Below the pieces are notes generated by a model. It made no database searches, was not told the DNA's origin, and saw nothing but the letters and a program-made list of their open reading frames with translations. A program made the position numbers and the translations under genes. From Nitrosopumilaceae archaeon (GTDB taxonomy: Archaea; Thermoproteota; Nitrososphaeria; Nitrososphaerales; Nitrosopumilaceae), in NCBI GenBank assembly GCA_965207375.1, contig OZ242274.1, forward strand, positions 576,001 to 640,000: 64,000 bases of DNA, read 5' to 3'. Positions 29,445 to 38,319 of the stretch are shown here, one piece after another; position 1 is the stretch's first letter, and every line of letters begins with the position of its first letter.

Positions 29445-30548
29445 TCAATGATCTTTTATCGCATCTAAAATATCATGCGTGAGATTTGGCCCGATTTTAA
29501 TGACTATATGCCTGTCTTTGGTTTTAGGGGCCTTGTATTGTGTTAAAGAGTCAGAAAAATTCCCATAGATGTGAATCCTTTGCAGGTATTTTTCTAAAAC
29601 ATACTCTCTTGCCATCTCTCTTATTTTATCCTCTAATCCATGTATTGGAAAATACGGAATCAGCTCTGATTTAGTTACGAATCTAGATATATTTTCTGTA
29701 AACTCTAATGGAAAAATCTGATTTGATATAGGAATAGCTATTCTGTTAATATTTGAGCTCTTTGATAACTTTATGCATAACTGTATTGTTGCATTTACAA
29801 AATCATATTGATTTGCCACTTTTTGCTTTGAATCAAATTTGTAAAATTCCAAATGTACTATTTCTTGTAATGTGTAAATGACAACTTTGGATAATATTTT
29901 TGCAATTTTATTCAACTCGGATCTTTTCCTGTACGGGACGATAATTTTAACTTCAAATCCCTGTCTTATTGCTTCAATACACGATATTGCCGATACTGTG
30001 TCATAAACCGGACAAATTATCGTTTGATTTTGTGAAAAGTTGGGCACCCCTTTGTGTCCCTGATCTATGAAAATACACACATATGCAAATTTTTTGGTAA
30101 TGTATGTATACAACAATTTGTCATGTTTGTTTTCTGAACCAGGTGTGGCCTGAAGATGGGATTTTTTTTCAATTATTGCAGAAGTTGCTGCCATCTCTGC
30201 ATCTTTGGGAACAAATCCCATTGCATCTCCCTCAATTTTAACAAGAAATTTTTCACCCCTTAACAGTAAATTTCCACCCAAATCTGTAATTTCTGCCAAT
30301 ATTGACTTTAGGTCGTTTTGAATCTGTTTTGCAATTGCAATTTTTTTTATTCCAAATAGCTGATTTATGGAAGATGAGGCAAACACGGGATCGTTTGCAT
30401 GGACTATAATTACATCGCCGTCCCTTTTTACAGATTGAAATTTGTGTTCTTTGAATCTTAGATTTTTTTTAATATTTTTGACTAGTTGATTCATTTTCGG
30501 CCTTGCAAATTCAGAAGGAAATACCACAACAAAGGCATCATCTTGCAT
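29445..30548 (-). CDS. Divergent ThiI/THUMP-like protein
   Basis: N-terminal ferredoxin-like/THUMP layout (FPSEF, LFGIKKI, FLVKIE); PP-loop SGGxDS not retained. Confidence 0.55.
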   Translation of the reverse strand: MQDDAFVVVFPSEFARPKMNQLVKNIKKNLRFKEHKFQSVKRDGDVIIVHANDPVFASSSINQLFGIKKIAIAKQIQNDLKSILAEITDLGGNLLLRGEKFLVKIEGDAMGFVPKDAEMAATSAIIEKKSHLQATPGSENKHDKLLYTYITKKFAYVCIFIDQGHKGVPNFSQNQTIICPVYDTVSAISCIEAIRQGFEVKIIVPYRKRSELNKIAKILSKVVIYTLQEIVHLEFYKFDSKQKVANQYDFVNATIQLCIKLSKSSNINRIAIPISNQIFPLEFTENISRFVTKSELIPYFPIHGLEDKIREMAREYVLEKYLQRIHIYGNFSDSLTQYKAPKTKDRHIVIKIGPNLTHDILDAIKDH

Positions 30549-30583
30549 GGTTTCATTATATGATGCTTGTTTATAATTCAGAA

Positions 30584-30707
30584 TGTAAAGTCTTTACAGG
30601 AGTGATACATCCTTGAATCTGTCATTTTTCGACAGGCAAATCGACCCACCGTTTTAGTGGACTATCTGGATCTTGTGTACGATTTGCTTATTGCCTCCCC
30701 GGGCAAT
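30584..30707. ncRNA. Candidate multi-hairpin structured intergenic RNA
   Basis: Stems CTGTC/GACAG, GCAAATCG/CGATTTGC enclosing CCAC/GTGG, ATTGCC/GGCAAT and AGGA/TCCT within 125 bp. Confidence 0.35.
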
Positions 30708-30737
30708 CATTATAAAACAATTCTAATTAACCATAAC

Positions 30738-31457
30738 GTGAGTAAATTCTCCCAATCCGAACTAGACAAAATAAACAAATCAATTCATTCTGCAGACGAT
30801 GCTTTAAGATGGGCCTTTGAGAATCTGCATCCTAAACTTGCCAAGGCGTCTAGCTTTGGAGCAGAAGACTCTGTTCTTATTGATATTATGACCAAGATTA
30901 ATCCAGAGGCCCGATTTTTCACTTTAGATACGGGCAGACTAAATCCTGAAACCTACGATACAATGACTGTCTTGGAAAAAAAATACAACATTAGGTTTGA
31001 AGTTCAATTTCCAGATGCCGACGAAGTCTGTCAAATGGTAAAACAAAAGGGAATCAATCTATTTTATGACAGTGTAGAGAATAGACAACTATGCTGTGGC
31101 ATACGTAAAGTAAAACCGCTTCAAAAAATATTGTCCACCCTAGATGGCTGGATTACAGGAATCCGACGAGATCAGACGTCGATTCGAAAGGATGCCTCAT
31201 ATTTGGAAATCGATCATAAATACGGTGACATCATCAAGGTCAATCCGCTGTTGGATTGGACATGGGATGACGTCCAAAACTATATCAAAAAACACAGCAT
31301 TCCGTATCATCCGCTGCTAGACAGAGGATTTCCAAGCATTGGTTGTGCACCATGTACTAGGGCTATAGGAGACGGTGAGGATTTGAGAGCCGGACGCTGG
31401 TGGTGGGAATCAAACGAACATAAAGAGTGCGGGTTGCACGTGTACAACGGCGAATAA
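30738..31457 (+). CDS. cysH: Thioredoxin-dependent APS/PAPS reductase (Fe-S type); likely start GTG 30738
   Basis: [44 protein letters not shown] and ECGLH motifs. Confidence 0.93.
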   Translation: MSKFSQSELDKINKSIHSADDALRWAFENLHPKLAKASSFGAEDSVLIDIMTKINPEARFFTLDTGRLNPETYDTMTVLEKKYNIRFEVQFPDADEVCQMVKQKGINLFYDSVENRQLCCGIRKVKPLQKILSTLDGWITGIRRDQTSIRKDASYLEIDHKYGDIIKVNPLLDWTWDDVQNYIKKHSIPYHPLLDRGFPSIGCAPCTRAIGDGEDLRAGRWWWESNEHKECGLHVYNGE

Positions 31458-31458
31458 A

Positions 31459-32592
31459 ATGACAGGAATCACACCCCATGGGGGCAAACTAATCAATAGA
31501 ATTACAGACAAGGATCCGACCGGCCTTGTACCAATTACAATATCAAATGATCTTGCAAACGACGTTGAAAATATTGCAGACGGCATATTTAGTCCATTAG
31601 AAGGATTTCTAAATCAGTCTGATTTTGAAGCTGTAATTAATACGGGCAGATTGGCAGATGAGACTGCATGGACTATTCCTATAGTGCTTGATGTCGATGA
31701 GGCCACATCTAAGAAAATCAAAGACGCGGGAGATGTTTTGCTACAAAATGCAGATGGCACAGGTGTGGCAATATTGCATGCACAGGATGTATTTTCCTAT
31801 GATAAATCAAAGGTAGCTCTTAGAGTCTATGGAACCGTCGATGATGGACATCCCGGGGTTGCAAAAACTATGTCCATGAATGATTTTTTAGTGGGTGGAA
31901 AAATTGATTTTATCAAAAGGCCGCAACAAACCGAGATTAGAAAAAACCGAATGACGCCGACTCAAACAAGGGAGGCATTTGCAAATGCGGGATGGAAAAC
32001 CATCTGTGCATTTCAAACAAGAAACCCTCCCCATGTTGCCCATGAAATGCTTCAAAAAACCTCAATTACTACGCGCGATGGCGTCTTTGTTAATCCATTA
32101 ATCGGAAAGAAAAAATCAGGCGACTTTGCAGATGAGGTAATTATCAAGGCATATGAAACTATGATTGCAAATTATTATCCCAAAAACAGATGTCAGCTTG
32201 CAACTCTACATACCGAAATGAGATATGCTGGCCCCAAAGAGGCGATTCATCACGCCATAATGAGACAAAACTATGGCTGTACCCATATTATTATTGGAAG
32301 AGACCATGCAGGTGTTGGAAACTATTATGATCCGTTTGCTGCACACAAAATTTTCGATGACTATGCAGACTTGGAAATATCCCCCGTATTTTTTCCGGCC
32401 TTTTTTTACTGTACAAAATGCCTTACCTTTACAAATCCAAAGGCATGTCCACACGGAGATGACTCTCGTGAACAAATCAGCGGCACAAAACTTCGTCAAA
32501 TGATTCAAAATGGAGAGGCTCCATCAGAATTTATTCTTAGGCCCGAGGTTGCCAAAGTAATCATTGACTTTCCAAAACCGTTTGTAGACTAG
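31459..32592 (+). CDS. sat: Sulfate adenylyltransferase
   Basis: [31 protein letters not shown] and ISGT motifs. Confidence 0.96.
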   Translation: MTGITPHGGKLINRITDKDPTGLVPITISNDLANDVENIADGIFSPLEGFLNQSDFEAVINTGRLADETAWTIPIVLDVDEATSKKIKDAGDVLLQNADGTGVAILHAQDVFSYDKSKVALRVYGTVDDGHPGVAKTMSMNDFLVGGKIDFIKRPQQTEIRKNRMTPTQTREAFANAGWKTICAFQTRNPPHVAHEMLQKTSITTRDGVFVNPLIGKKKSGDFADEVIIKAYETMIANYYPKNRCQLATLHTEMRYAGPKEAIHHAIMRQNYGCTHIIIGRDHAGVGNYYDPFAAHKIFDDYADLEISPVFFPAFFYCTKCLTFTNPKACPHGDDSREQISGTKLRQMIQNGEAPSEFILRPEVAKVIIDFPKPFVD

Positions 32593-32656
32593 TGTTATAA
32601 CTCTAATTTCATGCGTAATTTTGTATGTTTGAAAGAGTTTGGGCAGGGTTACAACA
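32593..32656. mobile_element. 64-bp MITE with CTAG duplication
   Basis: CTAG-TGTTATAACTCT ... AGGGTTACAACA-CTAG (10/12 inverted repeat; CTAG at 32589-32592 and 32657-32660). Confidence 0.55.
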
Positions 32657-32659
32657 CTA

Positions 32660-32798
32660 GAGACATCAATACACCTAAACGGCAAAAACGTATGGGCGTT
32701 TCTGTTTTCATGTGTGATGACGTGGAGAAATACCGGATTAAATCATCTGGTATAGATGGTAAAATACCTTAGATTGGGAAAACTATGTTAACACTTAT
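32660..32798 (+). mobile_element. Internally deleted IS66 family B remnant with right end
   Basis: 32660-32699 is identical to 36236-36275; about 32703-32798 resembles 36819-36916 and ends GTTAACACTTAT. Confidence 0.85.
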
Positions 32799-33232
32799 GG
32801 AATTTTTAGAATCTCTTTTGCTTTTGTAACAAAAATGTCTGCCTTTTCTACTAATTTTTTTCCTTGGGTTTCAGATATTGTCCCTACTCTGTCATACAAT
32901 GATTCATTTCTGCGCAATCTTGCCTTTCTAAAGTATTGTATAACGTCTTGCGATATTTTTGTAGAGTATACAACTTCAATAAATGATATTACTGCCACAT
33001 GATGCTCTTGACTTTTTGGTCTGTATCCTTTTGAGAACATTAATGCCCGACCTGCTTGTAGCATTGCATTGTAGGCAGCGTTGTGAGCCCATCCCCACTC
33101 TTTAATCTTTAACATCTTTTTAGCAGAAGCGACATCCTTTGATGCAATCATTATCTCGTTTTTGATCTGCGCAATGTCGGCAGATTCAAATTTTTCAACT
33201 AAATTCTTTTTTAATAGATCGCTTAAATTCAT
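32795..33232 (-). CDS. HEPN domain protein (toxin-like partner of MNT)
   Basis: AYNAMLQAGRALM..KG...H and RNESLY (Rx4Y) motifs; overlaps the MNT gene. Confidence 0.85.
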   Translation of the reverse strand: MNLSDLLKKNLVEKFESADIAQIKNEIMIASKDVASAKKMLKIKEWGWAHNAAYNAMLQAGRALMFSKGYRPKSQEHHVAVISFIEVVYSTKISQDVIQYFRKARLRRNESLYDRVGTISETQGKKLVEKADIFVTKAKEILKIP

Positions 33233-33797
33233 TCTTATCTCCAACTATCATTATTACAGGAGTCTTTAAGATCTCCTTTAGCAAAGGGATTTTTTCATTC
33301 GATTTTTTCTTAAACTCTTTTTCAGTCCATGTTGAAATGTTAATCTCACATCCAATTTTCTTTTCAATTTTTGCAATTGAGTTTAATAATGAATCCTCAT
33401 CCACACTGTCTCCAATTATCAACATATCGACATCGCTTGTTGCCATTTCTGTGCCTTTTGCCACTGAGCCATATATCGCAGCGTACTTGATCTCTTTTTT
33501 GTCCCCTTCGAGTCCCTTACGTATCACCTGCCCTATACTTTCAGTCTTGAGAAATATTCTTTTGAGGTCCTCCCAAATTGGTGAAGCTCTCTCAAGTCTA
33601 TACAAGACCATGTTTCCCTCCTTTCTACTTTTTAAGAGTCCCAATGACTGTAGATTTTTGAGCTCTTTTTGTACATAAATGGGAGATATTTCCACAATTC
33701 TTGATAACTTTCGTATATGATATTGTGCATCAGGGTTCAGCAAGATCTGCTCTAGGATCTTTACTCTTGCCTTTGATGTGAAGAGTTTTTCTAGCAT
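33195..33797 (-). CDS. wHTH-fused minimal nucleotidyltransferase (MNT antitoxin-like)
   Basis: N-terminal wHTH; YGSVAKGTEMATSDVDML (GSx10DxD). Confidence 0.88.
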   Translation of the reverse strand: MLEKLFTSKARVKILEQILLNPDAQYHIRKLSRIVEISPIYVQKELKNLQSLGLLKSRKEGNMVLYRLERASPIWEDLKRIFLKTESIGQVIRKGLEGDKKEIKYAAIYGSVAKGTEMATSDVDMLIIGDSVDEDSLLNSIAKIEKKIGCEINISTWTEKEFKKKSNEKIPLLKEILKTPVIMIVGDKNEFKRSIKKEFS

Positions 33798-34044
33798 ATA
33801 TGTATACTAAATATATACAAACGTAAATAAAAAGTTTACAATAAAATTTCTAGTATCTAAATCGTTTTGGTAAAGCAACAGCGATGCACTGAATACAATC
33901 TTTTGCTCTCTTCTGTCCAACAAGAGTGGGCAATCTAGACTGGATATAAACAGGTAAAACCCATACGTCCGTATACTAGAATCCTTGTAAGTGTTTACGT
34001 CGTGAACACATGATAACCACCCCTGCGCTGTACTAGTGATGAAT

Positions 34045-34150
34045 CGACCCCTGATTAGGTATGGGCTATGCGCCCTTGGTCGTGAATGGGGCAATCCGAG
34101 CTGCTGTGTAATTGGGCTACGCGCCCTGATAGATGTGTGCAGCTTCCGAT
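34045..34150 (+). ncRNA. Predicted bridge/seek RNA of IS1111 element 1 (target loop plus donor loop)
   Basis: Two loops with the internal hairpin GGGCTAYGCGCCC; guide segments match the target and the donor junction (see findings); ends approximate. Confidence 0.8.
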
Positions 34151-34185
34151 CCGTCAAAACATCCGTAAGGAGGTGAAAAGAAAGG

Positions 34186-35277
34186 ATGAAAACATACATT
34201 GGAATAGACATTGGAAAGAAAAAGTGTGACGTATGCGTCATAAATGGTACAGGACGAGTACTTGAGACCTGTCAGTATATGAACACGGTAGCAGATGCTA
34301 AAAAGTTTGCAGAAACCATGGCACGAAAATACACGGGAAATAAAAAAACATGCAGTGCTGCATGTGAAACTACAGGCAACATGTGGAATGTTACCTATGC
34401 TAAATTTGAGGCAGCAGGTATACCAATCAAGCTTGCAAATACGTACAAGATGGCCATAATTGCCAAGACTGGTAAAAAGACAGACAAGGTGGATGCACAA
34501 AAGATAGCACAGGTATTACGAATGGATATGATTCCAGAATGTTATGTACCAAAACCGGACATACGAGGAATACGTGCAATGATACGACAGCATATCAAGA
34601 TAGTACATGATAGGACACGAGTGATAAACAGAGTACGCAGTCTTTTAGACAGACATGATGTCTCAATTGATACAGTACAAGTATATGCAGTAAAGACAAT
34701 GCAGTATCTAGAGTCTGTATCTCTTGATGAAATACATGATGAAATAATTCTGCAGCAATATGTCCGACAGATCAGACATCTGACCGAAGAGTTGACCAAA
34801 ATGAATGATTACATAGAACAAGAGGCAGCAAACAACGAGTATGCCAAACTATTGACAAGCATGACAGGGATGGGAACATATACTTCATTGTTGCTAGCAG
34901 TCGAAATTGCAGACATTTCAAGATTTGATAATCCAAAGAAACTTGTTGCATGGGCAGGTCTGTGTCCTACCATACACCAGTCAGGAGATCAAAAATATCT
35001 TGGAAGGATGAAGAAACTAGACACCAACAGTATAGTGAATTGGGCAATGTGCGAGGCAGCAAATGTGGCAGTAACACATGACCCTAGGATGAAATCAATA
35101 TACGAATCTGCAAAAAGGCGACATGCAGACAAGCATGCACTTGCAGTTGTTGTAGTTGCAAACAAGATGATAACAATATCATGGCACATTCTGAACACAA
35201 AGACACCATATTCGTCACACAATACAAGATTGTATCAGCGCAAGCTTGCTAAATTGGAAAAGGCACGTCAGAAATGA
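34186..35277 (+). CDS. IS110-family DEDD recombinase (transposase)
   Basis: YIGIDIGK, ACETTG, KTDKVDA, AWAGLCPTIHQSG (catalytic Ser) and VANKM motifs. Confidence 0.95.
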   Translation: MKTYIGIDIGKKKCDVCVINGTGRVLETCQYMNTVADAKKFAETMARKYTGNKKTCSAACETTGNMWNVTYAKFEAAGIPIKLANTYKMAIIAKTGKKTDKVDAQKIAQVLRMDMIPECYVPKPDIRGIRAMIRQHIKIVHDRTRVINRVRSLLDRHDVSIDTVQVYAVKTMQYLESVSLDEIHDEIILQQYVRQIRHLTEELTKMNDYIEQEAANNEYAKLLTSMTGMGTYTSLLLAVEIADISRFDNPKKLVAWAGLCPTIHQSGDQKYLGRMKKLDTNSIVNWAMCEAANVAVTHDPRMKSIYESAKRRHADKHALAVVVVANKMITISWHILNTKTPYSSHNTRLYQRKLAKLEKARQK

Positions 35278-35479
35278 TTTGTACCTGTCAAATCCGGTAT
35301 TAAGCTTGCTAGCGTTAGCTATAAATGATATACTAAATAATTAGGCACGGAACGGAAACGCAATAGGGATACATCAAGGTACGCGCCGGGGTGGTTAACA
35401 TAGATGCCTAGATTTTGACCATTTACGATCAAATTTTTGGCAACATGATCTAAATGAGGTCAAATAGCCAAACCATACA

Positions 35480-36889
35480 TTGACAGATTTCAAAAAACTC
35501 TACAAAGCCGAACGAACTAAGAATCTAAAACTCGAACAGATGATGGAGTTGAAAGATGCCATGATCCAAAAAAAAGATGACAACGAAAAAAAACTAAAAG
35601 ATCTAGTAAAGGAGTTAGAAAACAACATACACAATTTGAAAACTATTGCCACTGATCTTAATAAAAAACTCCAATTTTATGATAACGCACACACTCCACC
35701 ATCACGCAAGATGCCAGAAAAGAAGAAAACTGATAATAAAAACAAGGATAAAAACAAGAAAACAACAGGTGAGCGAGGAGCACCAAAGGGACACAAAGGT
35801 GCAACAAGCAAGCCAAAACCTACAAAATTCAAACAACACACGCCAGCAAAATGTCCAGAGTGTGGCTCAAAAGATCTTAAAATTATCAAAACACAGATAC
35901 GTGACATTACAGAAGTACCGCCACAGGTACAACCTGAAACAACACGTCATCATGTAGATTTGTGCTCATGCAAAAACTGTGGCAAAAAAGACATAATCCC
36001 AGAGACTGATTTTCCTACAAAAGGCAATTATGGCAACAATATAGTAACACAGGCAGTAGCAAATTATATCGACAGACTACCTCATCGCAGAAACGCAGAA
36101 GCACTGACCTTGAGGGGAATCAAAATATCTCCAGCTTCTGCACACAACATAATAACCATGGTTGGTGCGTGCCTAACGGCACCCACAAAACAACTCCTAA
36201 AGGCAATCAGGGCTGCAGTCCTGTTACACATAGATGAGACATCAATACACCTAAACGGCAAAAACGTATGGGCGTGGGTATTTTACATTCCAGGTACAAA
36301 TACTGCACTGTATGTGGTACGGCCTAGCAGGGGAAGAGACGTACTCGAAGAGATACTAGGAGATGACTGGAAGGGAACAATCATCTGTGACGGACACAAA
36401 CCGTACATGGTATATGATATCCAGAGATGTTGGGCTCACATCATGCGTGAGATGCACCACGAGACACAAAAATGTGGATGTAAAAAATGTCTGGGTGCAC
36501 AAGAGGCTCTCAAGAAAATATATGAAGATGCAAAAGATACCATAACTGCACGTATCTCGTATAAACGGCGCAAAAAAATACGGCGCAATCTGTATCGTCG
36601 TGTAAAGAGAATTATTAACACATACACTCCATTGCACAATCTCAAAAGATTCATGGGAAAGCTGGGACGAGCCCTACCAAACCTGTTCAGGTTTGTGCTG
36701 GATCCTACCATACCTCCTACCAACAATACAGCAGAACGTGCACTGCGTGAGATTGTTGTACACAGAAAAATACGTGGTGGAATCAGATCCGAAAAAAGCA
36801 TGGAGACATTGGGCAATTTGTTTTCATGTGTGATGACTTGGAGAAATGCTGGATTAAATTATCTAGAAGAGATGGCAAAATACCTCTAG
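35480..36889 (+). CDS. IS66 TnpC-like DDE transposase
   Basis: Coiled coil, TPPS, GAPKGHKG, CPECG, HIDET, ICDG, QRCWAH and PTNNTAERALR motifs. Confidence 0.93.
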   Translation: MTDFKKLYKAERTKNLKLEQMMELKDAMIQKKDDNEKKLKDLVKELENNIHNLKTIATDLNKKLQFYDNAHTPPSRKMPEKKKTDNKNKDKNKKTTGERGAPKGHKGATSKPKPTKFKQHTPAKCPECGSKDLKIIKTQIRDITEVPPQVQPETTRHHVDLCSCKNCGKKDIIPETDFPTKGNYGNNIVTQAVANYIDRLPHRRNAEALTLRGIKISPASAHNIITMVGACLTAPTKQLLKAIRAAVLLHIDETSIHLNGKNVWAWVFYIPGTNTALYVVRPSRGRDVLEEILGDDWKGTIICDGHKPYMVYDIQRCWAHIMREMHHETQKCGCKKCLGAQEALKKIYEDAKDTITARISYKRRKKIRRNLYRRVKRIINTYTPLHNLKRFMGKLGRALPNLFRFVLDPTIPPTNNTAERALREIVVHRKIRGGIRSEKSMETLGNLFSCVMTWRNAGLNYLEEMAKYL

Positions 36890-36968
36890 AGACGTAAAAA
36901 CCACGTTAACACTTACAAAATAACTATTGTAGACTAGGTATTTATTCACGCCTGCAAAATACGGTGTT

Positions 36969-37637
36969 GTGAAGTATTACGTCACAATTTTCGTCCTTAC
37001 AATGTTAGTATGCGTGCCCGGATTTGCCCAAGAAATCAATCCCTCGTTGAATATAATCCCCGTTGAAATTCCAGCTGACGCATTTAATGTGGTTGCAAGA
37101 GATTCTGTCATTGTATCACTTGATGAGTTACAGCAAACAAGCTGGCAGGTCACCTTGGATAACGATCTTTTATATTCAAATCCGCAAGGTAATGCAGTAA
37201 TTCGATTATACGACAATGATAGACAAGACACCTTTATTGAAGTAGGAATGGGCAGTCCCCCTCAATACTCTTTTTGGGTTGCAGTACAGCTGCCAGAGGA
37301 AGGCTATGTTCCAATTTATAATGATTTGGAGCGGGGATGGAGCACCTCATCAAAAACAATCGTATCTTATACTGACAGGGCAGGCCTTACTGTCAACAAC
37401 GGGGCAAGAATTGTAGTTACCAATTTGGACATTGACGTTTTTGCAATCGACAGTTATTCGGTACACGGAAAACAAAGCTCAACTGATCCCCCAGCAATAA
37501 ATTCTGGCATTTATAGTGCCGAGTTTTTGTCAGGCGATCCATCTCAAAATATTTTCAGCCTATATCCATTCATTTTGGCTGCAGCTATAGGAATCCTAGT
37601 AGGTGTCTTGTTTTTAACTAAGAAACGCTCCTCTTAA
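36969..37637 (+). CDS. Secreted, C-terminally anchored hypothetical protein
   Basis: Signal peptide and C-terminal TM helix plus KKR. Confidence 0.75.
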   Translation: MKYYVTIFVLTMLVCVPGFAQEINPSLNIIPVEIPADAFNVVARDSVIVSLDELQQTSWQVTLDNDLLYSNPQGNAVIRLYDNDRQDTFIEVGMGSPPQYSFWVAVQLPEEGYVPIYNDLERGWSTSSKTIVSYTDRAGLTVNNGARIVVTNLDIDVFAIDSYSVHGKQSSTDPPAINSGIYSAEFLSGDPSQNIFSLYPFILAAAIGILVGVLFLTKKRSS

Positions 37638-38268
37638 AATAACTACAGTTTTTGCTTATTTTGCAGACATCACACATCGGTGAGACAGGCTTGCATATGT
37701 TTTGTCCATACATTACAAATGTATCGTTGATATCGATCCAGAACTTTTTAGGAATCTTTTTCATCAACGCCTGCTCTGTATCCTCGGGATTTTTTGTTTT
37801 GACTAGTCCCAATCGGTTAGAAATTCTATGTACGTGAATGTCAACTGGAATGGCAGGTTTTTCAAACGCATAAACTAGCACGCAGTTTGCAGTCTTTCTT
37901 CCCACGCCGGGAAGTTGTATCAATTTTTCAAGATTTTCAGGCACCACTCCGTTATATTGGGTGTGAATTACTCTTGCAACCTCTATGATTCTTTTAGATT
38001 TTACGTGATAAAAGCCAATTGCCCTAATTACCCTTTCAACATCTTTTATTTTGGCAGCCGCCAAATCCTTTGCGGTGGGATATCGTTTGAACAGCTCCTT
38101 TACAACCTTGGTAGTGCTTTCATCTCTAGTTCTTGCAGAAAGAATGGTTCCTATCAAAATACTAAACGGGCCGCCGGTTTCAGCCTCGTGCAGCTCTCTT
38201 AGTGCCGTCATTCTTGGCGGTTTTACAGAATTCATAGTCTTGTGCATTCCATCAAGAATCCGTTTCAT
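37618..38268 (-). CDS. nth: Endonuclease III
   Basis: ILSART, LPGVGRKTAN (HhH), VDIHVHR, Cx6Cx2Cx5C Fe-S motif. Confidence 0.95.
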   Translation of the reverse strand: MKRILDGMHKTMNSVKPPRMTALRELHEAETGGPFSILIGTILSARTRDESTTKVVKELFKRYPTAKDLAAAKIKDVERVIRAIGFYHVKSKRIIEVARVIHTQYNGVVPENLEKLIQLPGVGRKTANCVLVYAFEKPAIPVDIHVHRISNRLGLVKTKNPEDTEQALMKKIPKKFWIDINDTFVMYGQNICKPVSPMCDVCKISKNCSYFKRSVS

Positions 38269-38319
38269 ATTTCAAAAACCAACCATACAAGTATTATATC
38301 TGTCACTATGAGTTGTTGC

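Larger units (their letters stand above)
34003..35406 (+). mobile_element. IS110-family (IS1111-type) element 1; coordinates include both copies of the TG core
   Basis: Sub-terminal IRs ATGATAACCACCCCTGCGC (34010-34028) / GCGCCGGGGTGGTTAACAT (35383-35401), 17/19; removal restores GTC-N-TG-CCTAGATTTT as seen at 43565. Confidence 0.92.
33987..36916 (+). mobile_element. IS66-family (ISBst12-like) element, family B, with left end interrupted by IS1111 element 1
   Basis: TIRs GTAAGTGTTTACGT (33987) and GTAAGTGTTAACGT (revcomp ending 36916); no 8-bp TSD (GAATCCTT vs AAAATAAC). Confidence 0.9.

Noticed and set aside
33807-34500. Minus-strand ORFs of 144 aa and 127 aa overlapping the IS1111-1 left end
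   Set aside because: Shadow ORFs over the bridge RNA and recombinase; they cross element boundaries and lack motifs
36230-36241. Donor-like site ATAGA-TG-AGACA inside the IS66-B transposase coincides with the left breakpoint of the 40-bp remnant at 32660
   Set aside because: A bridge-mediated product should have target-left sequence (GTCN-TG) upstream, but the remnant is preceded by the MITE CTAG; cannot be distinguished from chance
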